From Candidatus Aphodosoma sp. (GTDB taxonomy: Bacteria > Bacteroidota > Bacteroidia > Bacteroidales > Paludibacteraceae): a DNA stretch of 64,000 bases. Of the stretch, positions 55,149 to 62,787 are shown piece after piece (the stretch's first letter is position 1; the number at the start of each line of letters is the position of its first letter). The stretch is from positions 28 through 64,027 of the forward strand of contig JAZQRP010000193.1 of NCBI GenBank assembly GCA_045629685.1, given 5' to 3'. A model generated the notes under the pieces. That model was not told where the DNA came from. It worked only from the letters and a program-made list of their open reading frames with translations, and made no database searches. The translations under genes and the position numbers were made by a program.

Positions 55149-58100
55149 TCATTTAACATTATTCTTTAGCGAATCAGAAATAATTTTTTTCAGAGCAAGA
55201 GTTTGCTTCTCAGTTGCACCCTGTTTATTAGGTTTGTATAGCGCCTTATATTTACAAGGAACCAAATCAAATTTAAGATTATCAAACGTACCCTTCACAT
55301 CCAACCCAAGTCGAGCAGGAAGAGGACAATCAGTAAGCGAAATATGATAATTAAACGAATTATCAAGATTATGACGCCCCGAGAGCACAGCTTGCCACTT
55401 ATCCATCGAAATAAGGAACGGATACAAATCAACCTCTTTGCGGAATACCGTCATCTCCACCGCTATAGAATCAACTATATTCTCAGTTTTTTTATTGAAC
55501 ATCATATATTTCGCAATAGTAGAAAAAGTCTCATTATCAAGAAGCACCAAATCCTTACCCTCAATAGCAGCAGCAGCACGAAGAGTTGACATCTTAGGCG
55601 AGTAGTCAGCACGCAGATACGTCTCAGCAGCAATATGGAACTGAGCATGTCCCGCAAACGATTTAAGCATAGGCACAATAGTATCAACAGCAGGCACAAG
55701 TTTGATAAGTTTAGCAATATCTATATTCAAAAGATGAAAATCAAGCCCCGCAAACAGATGATTGCGACGTTCCGAACGATAGATACCCGTAAGTTGCATC
55801 TCGGCAGCATCAGTAGTGAAACCCATCTGTTCGAGAATCGCCTCACCATCCTTGATAGTAAGTTTACCACCAAGATTCTCAATATCAGTCTTCGCAAAAA
55901 TTGCCTTCCTAATACGCGTATCAAGAGTTATATTTACTCGTTTCGGAACTATGAACGGATTAGCATTTTCCACCGAACGTTGAGCATTAAGCGTTGAGAG
56001 AGAATCCTGTGACGTCGGTTGAGTCGCATCAGCAAGTGCAAAGTCAGTATTCTCATCAGTAATAACCACTTCATCAGTAACTTCATTATCAGCGCCAAGT
56101 CCATTCACCAAGTCCATAAGTTCATCAATATTAGTGCGCTCAGATTCAAATTTCAGATTGCCACGTAGCAAACCACTACCCTTTGAGAAGTTTTTAAGAT
56201 TAGTAATATTGCCTGATAGAGCAAAATCTGATTCATCAATGATGATACGCGATTGTTCGATGTCGAAGTTATTAGGACGGAATTGGAACTTGATTGTAGG
56301 TATATTGATGTCAGCATCGAAACCATCGATAGCAACAAGTCCGTTGTTGAAATCAAAGTTAATTGTAGGATTGAGAACTGAGAGTTGTGAATTACCTCCT
56401 TCTGTTGCAGCATAGTTAGTTTTCGCCTTAATATTAAGTTCCTTCGCTTTTACATCCAAAAAACTACCCATATTTGCAGTAATATCATTGCTCTTATACG
56501 AAACAGCAAAAGTTGGTTCCTTCCTATTATTATAAGAAGGGTACACCTCTACTACACCCTCAGGTTTAGCAATATTGAAATTGATAGTGTCCATCGAACC
56601 CTGTAGGTTGTCGAAATCAAATTGGCATACAGCAGTATAAAATTGAGTTGTATCAAAAATATCACCAATGCCTACAGTCAGTTGAGAATTGATAGTTGAA
56701 AGTTGAGCACGACTACTATCTAATTGTGCCACTATCTGAAGATTTGTAGCATTTAGGGAAGCTTGAGCAAGTTCTTTAAAATGATTGTTTGTGTGAGCAC
56801 TTGGAAGCGTAAGATTTAGAGCTCCTTTTGTGTCTTTTATAGCAATACTATCGTTGTAAAGTACATCAAGATTATCATATTCAATAGAAGCATCAGCAAT
56901 AATTTTATCAAGGCGAAGGTTCATTGCATCTTCAAGATTGAAACGTGCTGAAATGTTGGCATTCGCATATCCATTCATCTCTATTTTCATATCGTCAGGA
57001 AGGAATGGATGCAGTTCAGGTAGATTAAGATTACCAATAATATTTAAGTCACAAAGTGCATCTGTGAATGAGAAGTGAGGAATGAGGAGTGAGGAGTTAG
57101 TAATTGAGAATTGAGAGTTAGGCGTTGAGAATTGGGAATTGAGAATTGAGAATTTGGAATTTTCCGAGAGGTTTATGTTTGCAGTGAGTGATAAGTTGAT
57201 GTTGTTGAGAGGAAATGGGAGTAGAGCAGGATATTGTACTTTGCCATTAGTGTAGTTGAGATTGGCTGAGATAAGAGGCATGATGCTATCGTTGTAAGTA
57301 CCACGTGCTGAACCTGAGAGCGACGCAATGCCACTTACATTAATACCATCTAATATATCAGCGTATGCCTCAGGTATGAGGGCTATAACTTCTTCGAGGT
57401 TACATTGGTTTGTGGCAAATTGCATGTCGAGATTGATGTCGTCATTGTCTAATTGTGCAACACCATTAAGGTTGATTTCGTGAGAGTTGATTGCAAGTAG
57501 TGCTTCTTTGAGGTTGATATGCATGATGTCGAGATTGAGTTCGGCTGGCACATTAGCACGGAGGGCAACGCTGTCGAGGAGACGATTGCCATCGAAATCG
57601 AGAGTTGTAGAAGGTAGTGCGAGAACAAGTTTACCATCGAAGTGGTTGTCGTGAAGTTCTCCTGATGTAGTTAATTGTGCATTATCTATTGTGCATTGTG
57701 CATTGTCTATTATGCATTGTGCATTGTGCATTGTACATTGTGCATCGATGTTGCCATTTGCCCCTTGTAGTTGTGCGTTGATGTTGGCAGATATATTGTT
57801 AATACGGGTATCAATACCTGATGTATAGTCAATGTATGATGTAGATAAATTGTTGATGACTACGTCATTGACTTGTAGTAAATCAAAAAGTGGAGTTGAA
57901 GTTGTATCTTCTTCATCAGATGTAAGGGCAACGATGTTGTAGTTGGTATTGCCGAGCGAGTCGCAGAAAATATTAGCAGTGGTATTGTTGAGTTGTACTT
58001 GATTGATTATTAGATTGCGATGGAATAATAGTTGACTAACATCGACAGATGCTGCGAGTTTGCCTATGGTAGCAAGAGTGTCGGATTGAGCATCAGCGAT

Positions 58101-58340
58101 AGGATTGATTACTCGCACATTGCTGAGGTTGAGCGAGAAGTTTGGGAATGTAGAAAAGAATGTTAGTTCGGCTGTGTCTAAGTCGGCTTGGCATGTAATG
58201 AAACGTCCTACGTTGTTGCGCACGATAGGGGTGAGTGTTTTAGGTGAAAACACGATGTTGCATACGATGATGATGGCTATTGCTAAGATGGCAATTATGC
58301 TTGAAAGGGTGATGGCGGTGATTTTTAAGGCTCGTTTCAT
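55149..58340 (-). CDS. AsmA-family (AsmA/TamB-like) envelope protein
   Basis: A single N-terminal TM (ITAITLSSIIAILAIAIIIV) and a long beta-rich body of ~1060 aa. ATG 58340 (MKRALKI) is preferred, since the track start 58499 runs through repeat DNA. The gene contains in-frame heptamer-derived inserts. Confidence 0.7.
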   Translation of the reverse strand: MKRALKITAITLSSIIAILAIAIIIVCNIVFSPKTLTPIVRNNVGRFITCQADLDTAELTFFSTFPNFSLNLSNVRVINPIADAQSDTLATIGKLAASVDVSQLLFHRNLIINQVQLNNTTANIFCDSLGNTNYNIVALTSDEEDTTSTPLFDLLQVNDVVINNLSTSYIDYTSGIDTRINNISANINAQLQGANGNIDAQCTMHNAQCIIDNAQCTIDNAQLTTSGELHDNHFDGKLVLALPSTTLDFDGNRLLDSVALRANVPAELNLDIMHINLKEALLAINSHEINLNGVAQLDNDDINLDMQFATNQCNLEEVIALIPEAYADILDGINVSGIASLSGSARGTYNDSIMPLISANLNYTNGKVQYPALLPFPLNNINLSLTANINLSENSKFSILNSQFSTPNSQFSITNSSLLIPHFSFTDALCDLNIIGNLNLPELHPFLPDDMKIEMNGYANANISARFNLEDAMNLRLDKIIADASIEYDNLDVLYNDSIAIKDTKGALNLTLPSAHTNNHFKELAQASLNATNLQIVAQLDSSRAQLSTINSQLTVGIGDIFDTTQFYTAVCQFDFDNLQGSMDTINFNIAKPEGVVEVYPSYNNRKEPTFAVSYKSNDITANMGSFLDVKAKELNIKAKTNYAATEGGNSQLSVLNPTINFDFNNGLVAIDGFDADINIPTIKFQFRPNNFDIEQSRIIIDESDFALSGNITNLKNFSKGSGLLRGNLKFESERTNIDELMDLVNGLGADNEVTDEVVITDENTDFALADATQPTSQDSLSTLNAQRSVENANPFIVPKRVNITLDTRIRKAIFAKTDIENLGGKLTIKDGEAILEQMGFTTDAAEMQLTGIYRSERRNHLFAGLDFHLLNIDIAKLIKLVPAVDTIVPMLKSFAGHAQFHIAAETYLRADYSPKMSTLRAAAAIEGKDLVLLDNETFSTIAKYMMFNKKTENIVDSIAVEMTVFRKEVDLYPFLISMDKWQAVLSGRHNLDNSFNYHISLTDCPLPARLGLDVKGTFDNLKFDLVPCKYKALYKPNKQGATEKQTLALKKIISDSLKNNVK
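57067..57160. repeat. AGGAATG- and AATTGAG-type heptamer arrays inside the AsmA-family CDS
   Basis: aatgagaagtgaggaatgaggagtgaggagttagtaattgagaattgagagttaggcgttgagaattgggaattgagaattgagaatttggaatttt is read on the minus strand as NSKFSILNSQFSTPNSQFSITNSSLLIPHFSF. Confidence 0.85.
57673..57748. repeat. TTGTGCA-type heptamer array inside the AsmA-family CDS
   Basis: aattgtgcattatctattgtgcattgtgcattgtctattatgcattgtgcattgtgcattgtacattgtgcatcg is read on the minus strand as DAQCTMHNAQCIIDNAQCTIDNAQL. Confidence 0.85.
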
Positions 58341-58368
58341 AATAGTAATTTTAGAGGTGAGTACACAT

Positions 58369-58469
58369 TGAGAGTGTGTATTTTTGAGGGTTGCTTGAGG
58401 GTTGCTGTATAGTATATTTAAATTGGAGTGTTTTTGAGAAGTGGATACCACGTGAGAGTGTGTATTTTT
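58369..58469. repeat. direct repeats upstream of the AsmA-family gene
   Basis: tgagagtgtgtattttt occurs at 58369-58385 and 58453-58469. tgagggttgct is doubled in tandem at 58385-58406, and tatagtatattta occurs near 58410. Confidence 0.8.
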
Positions 58470-58492
58470 CGGGGGGTGATTTTTATTGTATT

Positions 58493-58876
58493 TTACCATG
58501 GAATTTTATCGAAAGAGTGCACCTTTCCGTAGTTGTCTTCATAGACGAGTTCGGTTTCTGTAAGTTTGGTTACAGTATATGCTTTTGGTACATTACCTCC
58601 CATTTCCATAGTGTGAACTTGAGTTAGCACATTGCCATTGAGGCCCCAAGTGAAAGGTTGCGCTTCGGCTTCGGTGACATCGTCGGCTTCGTCCCAAGTG
58701 TAGCCAGAACCATCTTTTCCGTATACTTCAAAGTTTAGGGTATTCGTCTCTTGCCATTTTCCAATTAAAAGGTTTCGGTCTAATTCGACATCGGTGTTAG
58801 GTGAACAAGACGACATAGATAGGATGATTGCTGATACAGTGAGGATTGAGATGAAAAGGAGTTTGAAGTTTTTCAT
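58493..58876 (-). CDS. lipocalin-like domain lipoprotein
   Basis: Lipobox MSSC and the LIGKWQ motif typical of lipocalin-like lipoproteins. Length is 127 aa. Confidence 0.55.
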   Translation of the reverse strand: MKNFKLLFISILTVSAIILSMSSCSPNTDVELDRNLLIGKWQETNTLNFEVYGKDGSGYTWDEADDVTEAEAQPFTWGLNGNVLTQVHTMEMGGNVPKAYTVTKLTETELVYEDNYGKVHSFDKIPW

Positions 58877-58935
58877 AATTTATTAAGTTTTATTTATTTG
58901 ATTTATTTTGGAGAGAAAAGTTTATTTATAGGGTA

Positions 58936-58943
58936 CAAAGTTA
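58936..58943 (-). promoter_or_regulatory. -7 box (TAACTTTG on minus strand)
   Basis: caaagtta on the plus strand, 60 nt upstream of ATG 58876. Confidence 0.45.
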
Positions 58944-59003
58944 CGAATATATTCTTAAAAAAACAAGTTTTTGGGAGATGTTGTTTTTTTGAAAAAAAAA
59001 TAT

Positions 59004-59011
59004 TATCTTTG
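59004..59011 (+). promoter_or_regulatory. -7 box (TATCTTTG)
   Basis: Lies 21 nt upstream of ATG 59032. Confidence 0.5.
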
Positions 59012-59031
59012 CAAGTTAAATTAGGTGAAAT

Positions 59032-60156
59032 ATGTTTTTTAGGGATATAGTAGGACATAGTGAATTGAAACGTCGTCTGATAGAGATGGTTAATTCGGGG
59101 CGAATACCTCATGCTCAGTTATATACAGGTGCTGAGGGGGTGGGTAAATTGGCTCTTGCGTTGGCTGTGGCTCAGTATATCTGTTGTGAGCATAGAGAGG
59201 GAGGTGAGTCGTGCGGACGGTGTCCGTCATGCGTTCAGTTTGCAAAATTGTCGCATCCTGACTTGCATTTTGTGTTTCCAATGGCTACGCGTGATGGGGT
59301 GAAGGTGTGCAGTGATATGGTTGATACGTTTAGAAGTGCGGTATTGAGAAACCCATATATTTCGCTTGAGGAGTGGATGAATGAGGCATCGGATGGTAAG
59401 ACAGTGCAGATTTATGCGGCAGAGGGAGAGGAGATTATTCGTAAGTTGACATTCAAACCATATCAAGGGCAATATAAGGTGATGATAGTGTGGATACCTG
59501 AGAAGATGCATGAGGCGTGTGCTAATAAGGTGTTGAAAATATTGGAAGAGCCATCGCCGGATACTGTGTTTATGCTAGTGAGTGATAGAGTAGATAATGT
59601 GTTGGGTACGATTTATAGTCGGTGTCAGCGTATAGCAGTGTCTCCGATTGAGAAAAAAGATATGGAGTTGGCTTTGCGTGAGAAATTTAGTGTAGATGAA
59701 GAAGAGGTAGCGTATTTGGTGAAAAATGCGATGGGTAGTTGGGGACGGATGCTTGGCTTGATGAAGGAGAGTGAAGATGCACGTTATGATTTTGAACTTT
59801 TTGTGCAAATGATGCGTTTGGCTTGGGGGTTGGATGTGAAAGGGATAAAGAATTGGACGGAGCAGGTGGCTGCTTTATCGCGTGAAGGGCAGATAAGATT
59901 TTTGCAGAAAGCGCAGAGGTTGATACGAGAGAATTTTATTTTGCGCTTGCGCAATAGAGATTTGACATATATGAATAGCGCAGAGATGGCGTTTGCGGCG
60001 AAGTTTGCGCAGTTTATACATGAAAAGAATGTGGTGCAAATAATGGAGGAGTTGGCATTGGCAGAGGCGCAGATTGCACAGAATGGAAATACGAAAATTA
60101 TTTTGTTTCATTTAGAGATAATACTATATAAATTACTTAAAAAAGTTAGACAGTAG
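59032..60156 (+). CDS. holB: DNA polymerase III delta-prime subunit
   Basis: RIPHAQLYTGAEGVGKLALALAVAQYICC, zinc module CGRCPSC, and the SRCQ sensor block. Confidence 0.8.
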   Translation: MFFRDIVGHSELKRRLIEMVNSGRIPHAQLYTGAEGVGKLALALAVAQYICCEHREGGESCGRCPSCVQFAKLSHPDLHFVFPMATRDGVKVCSDMVDTFRSAVLRNPYISLEEWMNEASDGKTVQIYAAEGEEIIRKLTFKPYQGQYKVMIVWIPEKMHEACANKVLKILEEPSPDTVFMLVSDRVDNVLGTIYSRCQRIAVSPIEKKDMELALREKFSVDEEEVAYLVKNAMGSWGRMLGLMKESEDARYDFELFVQMMRLAWGLDVKGIKNWTEQVAALSREGQIRFLQKAQRLIRENFILRLRNRDLTYMNSAEMAFAAKFAQFIHEKNVVQIMEELALAEAQIAQNGNTKIILFHLEIILYKLLKKVRQ

Positions 60157-60216
60157 GTTTTAACAGAAATACAGATTTTATGTTTGTAGGTTTGTTGAAA
60201 ATATAATTTGTTAGTT

Positions 60217-61428
60217 ATGGAAGAAATAACATTAAATAATGGTGGTAGTAATCCTGGGGTGAAGGGATTTAAGGGTAATACATTACAGCAATTGCCTGTG
60301 GTGGATTGGTTGGCTGATTTGCCTGAAGCACAGTTGGATACTGACCTAGTAGAGGTTCAATTTAAGAATACGCGTAAAGGATATTTTGTGAATAGTGAGC
60401 ATATTGCTATAGAAAAAGGTGATATGGTGGCAGTAGAGGCAAATCCTGGACATGATATTGGTGTTATTACGTTGATGGGGCGTTTGGTTTTGAGTCAGAT
60501 TAAGAAAAATCGTATCAATATGGAGCGTTACGAGGTGCGTAAAGTGTATCGTAAAGTGAAACCAGTTGATATGGAAAAATATGAAGAGGCAAAAGCAAAA
60601 GAGCAGGCAACAATGATTCGTGCACGTAAGATTGCGAAAGATATGCAACTTAATATGAAGATTGGGGATGTTGAATATCAAGGCGATGGTAGTAAGGCAA
60701 TTTTCTATTATATTGCAGATGACCGTGTCGATTTTCGTCAGTTGATTAAGGTGTTTGCCGAGGAATTTCGTGTGCGTATTGAGATGAAGCAGATTGGTGC
60801 ACGTCAGGAGGCTGGGCGTATTGGTGGTATAGGTCCTTGTGGGCGTGAGTTGTGTTGTACGACTTGGATGAGTAACTTTGTCAGTGTATCTACTACTGCG
60901 GCTCGTTATCAAGATTTGAGTACTAATCCGTTGAAATTGGCTGGGCAATGTGCTAAGATTAAATGTTGTGTGAACTTTGAAGCACCGATGTATGTTGATG
61001 CACAAAAAGATTTTCCTTCGAAAGAGATTCCGTTGGAGACTGTTGAGGGTATATACTATTTCTTTAAAGCAGATGTATTTAAACGTCAGTTGACATATAG
61101 TTCGGACCAAAATATTCCTGCTAACTTGCAAGTGATTAGTGTGGAACGTGCGAAAGAGATTATGGCTATCAATCGTCGTGGCGAGAAGGTTGTGTCGTTA
61201 GTTGTGAAAGAGGGTGAGGCTACGGCTTCGGTTGATTATCAGAATGTAGTTGGGCAAGATAGTTTGACACGTTTCGATAAAAAGCAAGGTGGCGAACATC
61301 GTCGTTTCGAACGTCGCGATAGAGGTGGACGAGATGGTTATCGCAATGGTGGACGTAGAGCAAATGGACAACAATCTAATGAACATCGTTCAAACTATAG
61401 AAATCGTAGAGAAGAAGACAATGAATAA
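60217..61428 (+). CDS. PSP1 domain-containing protein (RicT/YaaT-like) with Arg/Gly-rich tail
   Basis: PSP1 C-terminal domain with CGRELCC...KIKCC cysteines. The track start 60208 is TTG, so ATG 60217 is preferred. Confidence 0.8.
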   Translation: MEEITLNNGGSNPGVKGFKGNTLQQLPVVDWLADLPEAQLDTDLVEVQFKNTRKGYFVNSEHIAIEKGDMVAVEANPGHDIGVITLMGRLVLSQIKKNRINMERYEVRKVYRKVKPVDMEKYEEAKAKEQATMIRARKIAKDMQLNMKIGDVEYQGDGSKAIFYYIADDRVDFRQLIKVFAEEFRVRIEMKQIGARQEAGRIGGIGPCGRELCCTTWMSNFVSVSTTAARYQDLSTNPLKLAGQCAKIKCCVNFEAPMYVDAQKDFPSKEIPLETVEGIYYFFKADVFKRQLTYSSDQNIPANLQVISVERAKEIMAINRRGEKVVSLVVKEGEATASVDYQNVVGQDSLTRFDKKQGGEHRRFERRDRGGRDGYRNGGRRANGQQSNEHRSNYRNRREEDNE

Positions 61429-61891
61429 ATTTGTGAAATATATTTTTAATTTGTTAGTAGGAGTTTTGTTTGTTGCTTGTAATTCGGGTGTGGTGTATGA
61501 TGGATCGGTGCGAGTTGCAAATCCTACTTGGCATTGCGATAGTTTGGCTCGTTTTGAAGTTGAGGTTAAGGATACTACTATAGATTATGAGTCGGCAATA
61601 TTGATTCGTAATAGTGGTGATTATGCGTATCAAAATTTGTGGTTGTTCGTTACTGAGATTGCTCCTGATAGTAGTTTTACTTGTGATACAATAGAGTATT
61701 ATCTTGCGGATAACTATGGGCGTTGGCTTGGCTCGGGCATAGGTTCGCTATATACTTCGCTTTATTATTACAACGAGGATTTGCATTATTCGCAAGAGGG
61801 AGTGTATAGATATGAAATTCGTCAAGGAATGCGTAAAGATGAGTTGGAGGGGATTACTAATATAGGAATGCGAATTTTAATTAAGGAATAA
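61421..61891 (+). CDS. gldH: gliding motility/T9SS lipoprotein GldH
   Basis: Lipobox FVAC. YQNLWLF, LADNYGRWLGSGIG and RQGMRKDELEGITNIGMR blocks typical of GldH. The ATG overlaps the PSP1 stop by 8 nt. Confidence 0.8.
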   Translation: MNKFVKYIFNLLVGVLFVACNSGVVYDGSVRVANPTWHCDSLARFEVEVKDTTIDYESAILIRNSGDYAYQNLWLFVTEIAPDSSFTCDTIEYYLADNYGRWLGSGIGSLYTSLYYYNEDLHYSQEGVYRYEIRQGMRKDELEGITNIGMRILIKE

Positions 61892-61987
61892 GGAATAGGG
61901 AGTAAGGATTAGGGGATAAGGAATTAATACTCAATTCTCAATTTTATCGCCAAAGGCTCAAAGACCTTCGGTTCTCAATTTTCAATT
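61883..61987. repeat. AGGAATA-type heptamers, CTCAATT heptamers and an inverted 31-bp dispersed repeat
   Basis: aaggaataaggaatagggagtaaggattaggggataaggaattaata, ctcaattctcaatttt, atcgccaaaggctcaaagaccttcg and gttctcaattttcaatt follow in order. The array starts within the last codons of gldH. Confidence 0.8.
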
Positions 61988-61995
61988 TGTATATT

Positions 61996-62760
61996 ATGGG
62001 AAAGAATAAATTAAAGAAATTTGCTGATATGGAGCAGTTGCCTAACGTGTTCCAATTATCGTATAATGATATTGTTAAGACTGGTGCACAGTTTGAGATG
62101 CGTGGGCATTGGGGAGAGAGTTATTTTGGCAATAATAATCCGATTGTGTTGGAGTTGGGATGTGGTAAGGGTGAGTATGCTGTGGGGTTGGCTCGTCAGT
62201 TTCCAGATAAGAACTTTATTGGTATTGATATTAAGGGTGCGCGTATGTGGACTGGTGCAACAGAGGCGTATCAGACTGGTTTGAAGAATTGCGCTTTCTT
62301 GCGTACAGGAATCAATGCAATAGAGCATTTTTTTGCGCCAGGTGAGGTAAGTGAGATATGGATTACATTTGCTGACCCACAGATGAAAAAAGTGAACAAG
62401 CGATTGACCTCTACTTATTTTATGGGATTATATAAGAAGGTGTTGGTAGATGGCGGCTTAGTGCACTTGAAGAGTGATAGTAACTTTTTGTTTACATATA
62501 CTCGATTGATGGCAGAGGCGAGTGATTTACCTGTTAATGTGATTACTGAAAATCTTTATCGTGATGTGACAGATGATCCAGTGCTTGAGATAAAGACATA
62601 TTATGAACGTCAGTGGTTGGCTCGAGGTATTGATATTAAATATATGCAGTTTAGATTGCCAGCGGATGCTCAGTTGGTTGAGCCAGACGTAGAGATAGAG
62701 TATGATGAGTATCGTAGTTTTGGGCGTAAGAAGCGTTCGGAATTGGATATGGGAAAATAA
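61996..62760 (+). CDS. trmB: tRNA (guanine-N7)-methyltransferase
   Basis: SAM-binding block [11 protein letters not shown] and FADPQMKK. The track start 61987 is TTG, so ATG 61996 is preferred. Confidence 0.9.
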   Translation: MGKNKLKKFADMEQLPNVFQLSYNDIVKTGAQFEMRGHWGESYFGNNNPIVLELGCGKGEYAVGLARQFPDKNFIGIDIKGARMWTGATEAYQTGLKNCAFLRTGINAIEHFFAPGEVSEIWITFADPQMKKVNKRLTSTYFMGLYKKVLVDGGLVHLKSDSNFLFTYTRLMAEASDLPVNVITENLYRDVTDDPVLEIKTYYERQWLARGIDIKYMQFRLPADAQLVEPDVEIEYDEYRSFGRKKRSELDMGK

Positions 62761-62761
62761 G

Positions 62762-62787
62762 AAAAGCACCAATTGGTGCTTTTTTTT
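62762..62787. terminator. bidirectional terminator between convergent trmB and miaB
   Basis: Stem aaaagcacc (62762-62770) / ggtgctttt (62775-62783), loop aatt, flanked by A and T runs. Confidence 0.8.

Noticed and set aside
58341-58499. N-terminal extensions suggested by the ORF track for the AsmA-family gene (to 58499), fba (38919), nfo (34007), dprA (21865), TetR (10796), the DUF3298-like gene (27160), gldH (61289) and the membrane protein (12637)
   Set aside because: The extensions run through repeat or terminator DNA, or through the preceding gene. Several start at TTG/GTG. Internal ATGs give N-termini that match the expected family start or signal peptide.
60346-61131. 261-aa ORF antisense to the PSP1-domain gene
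   Set aside because: It is a low-complexity antisense artefact, and the sense frame carries the PSP1 cysteine motifs.
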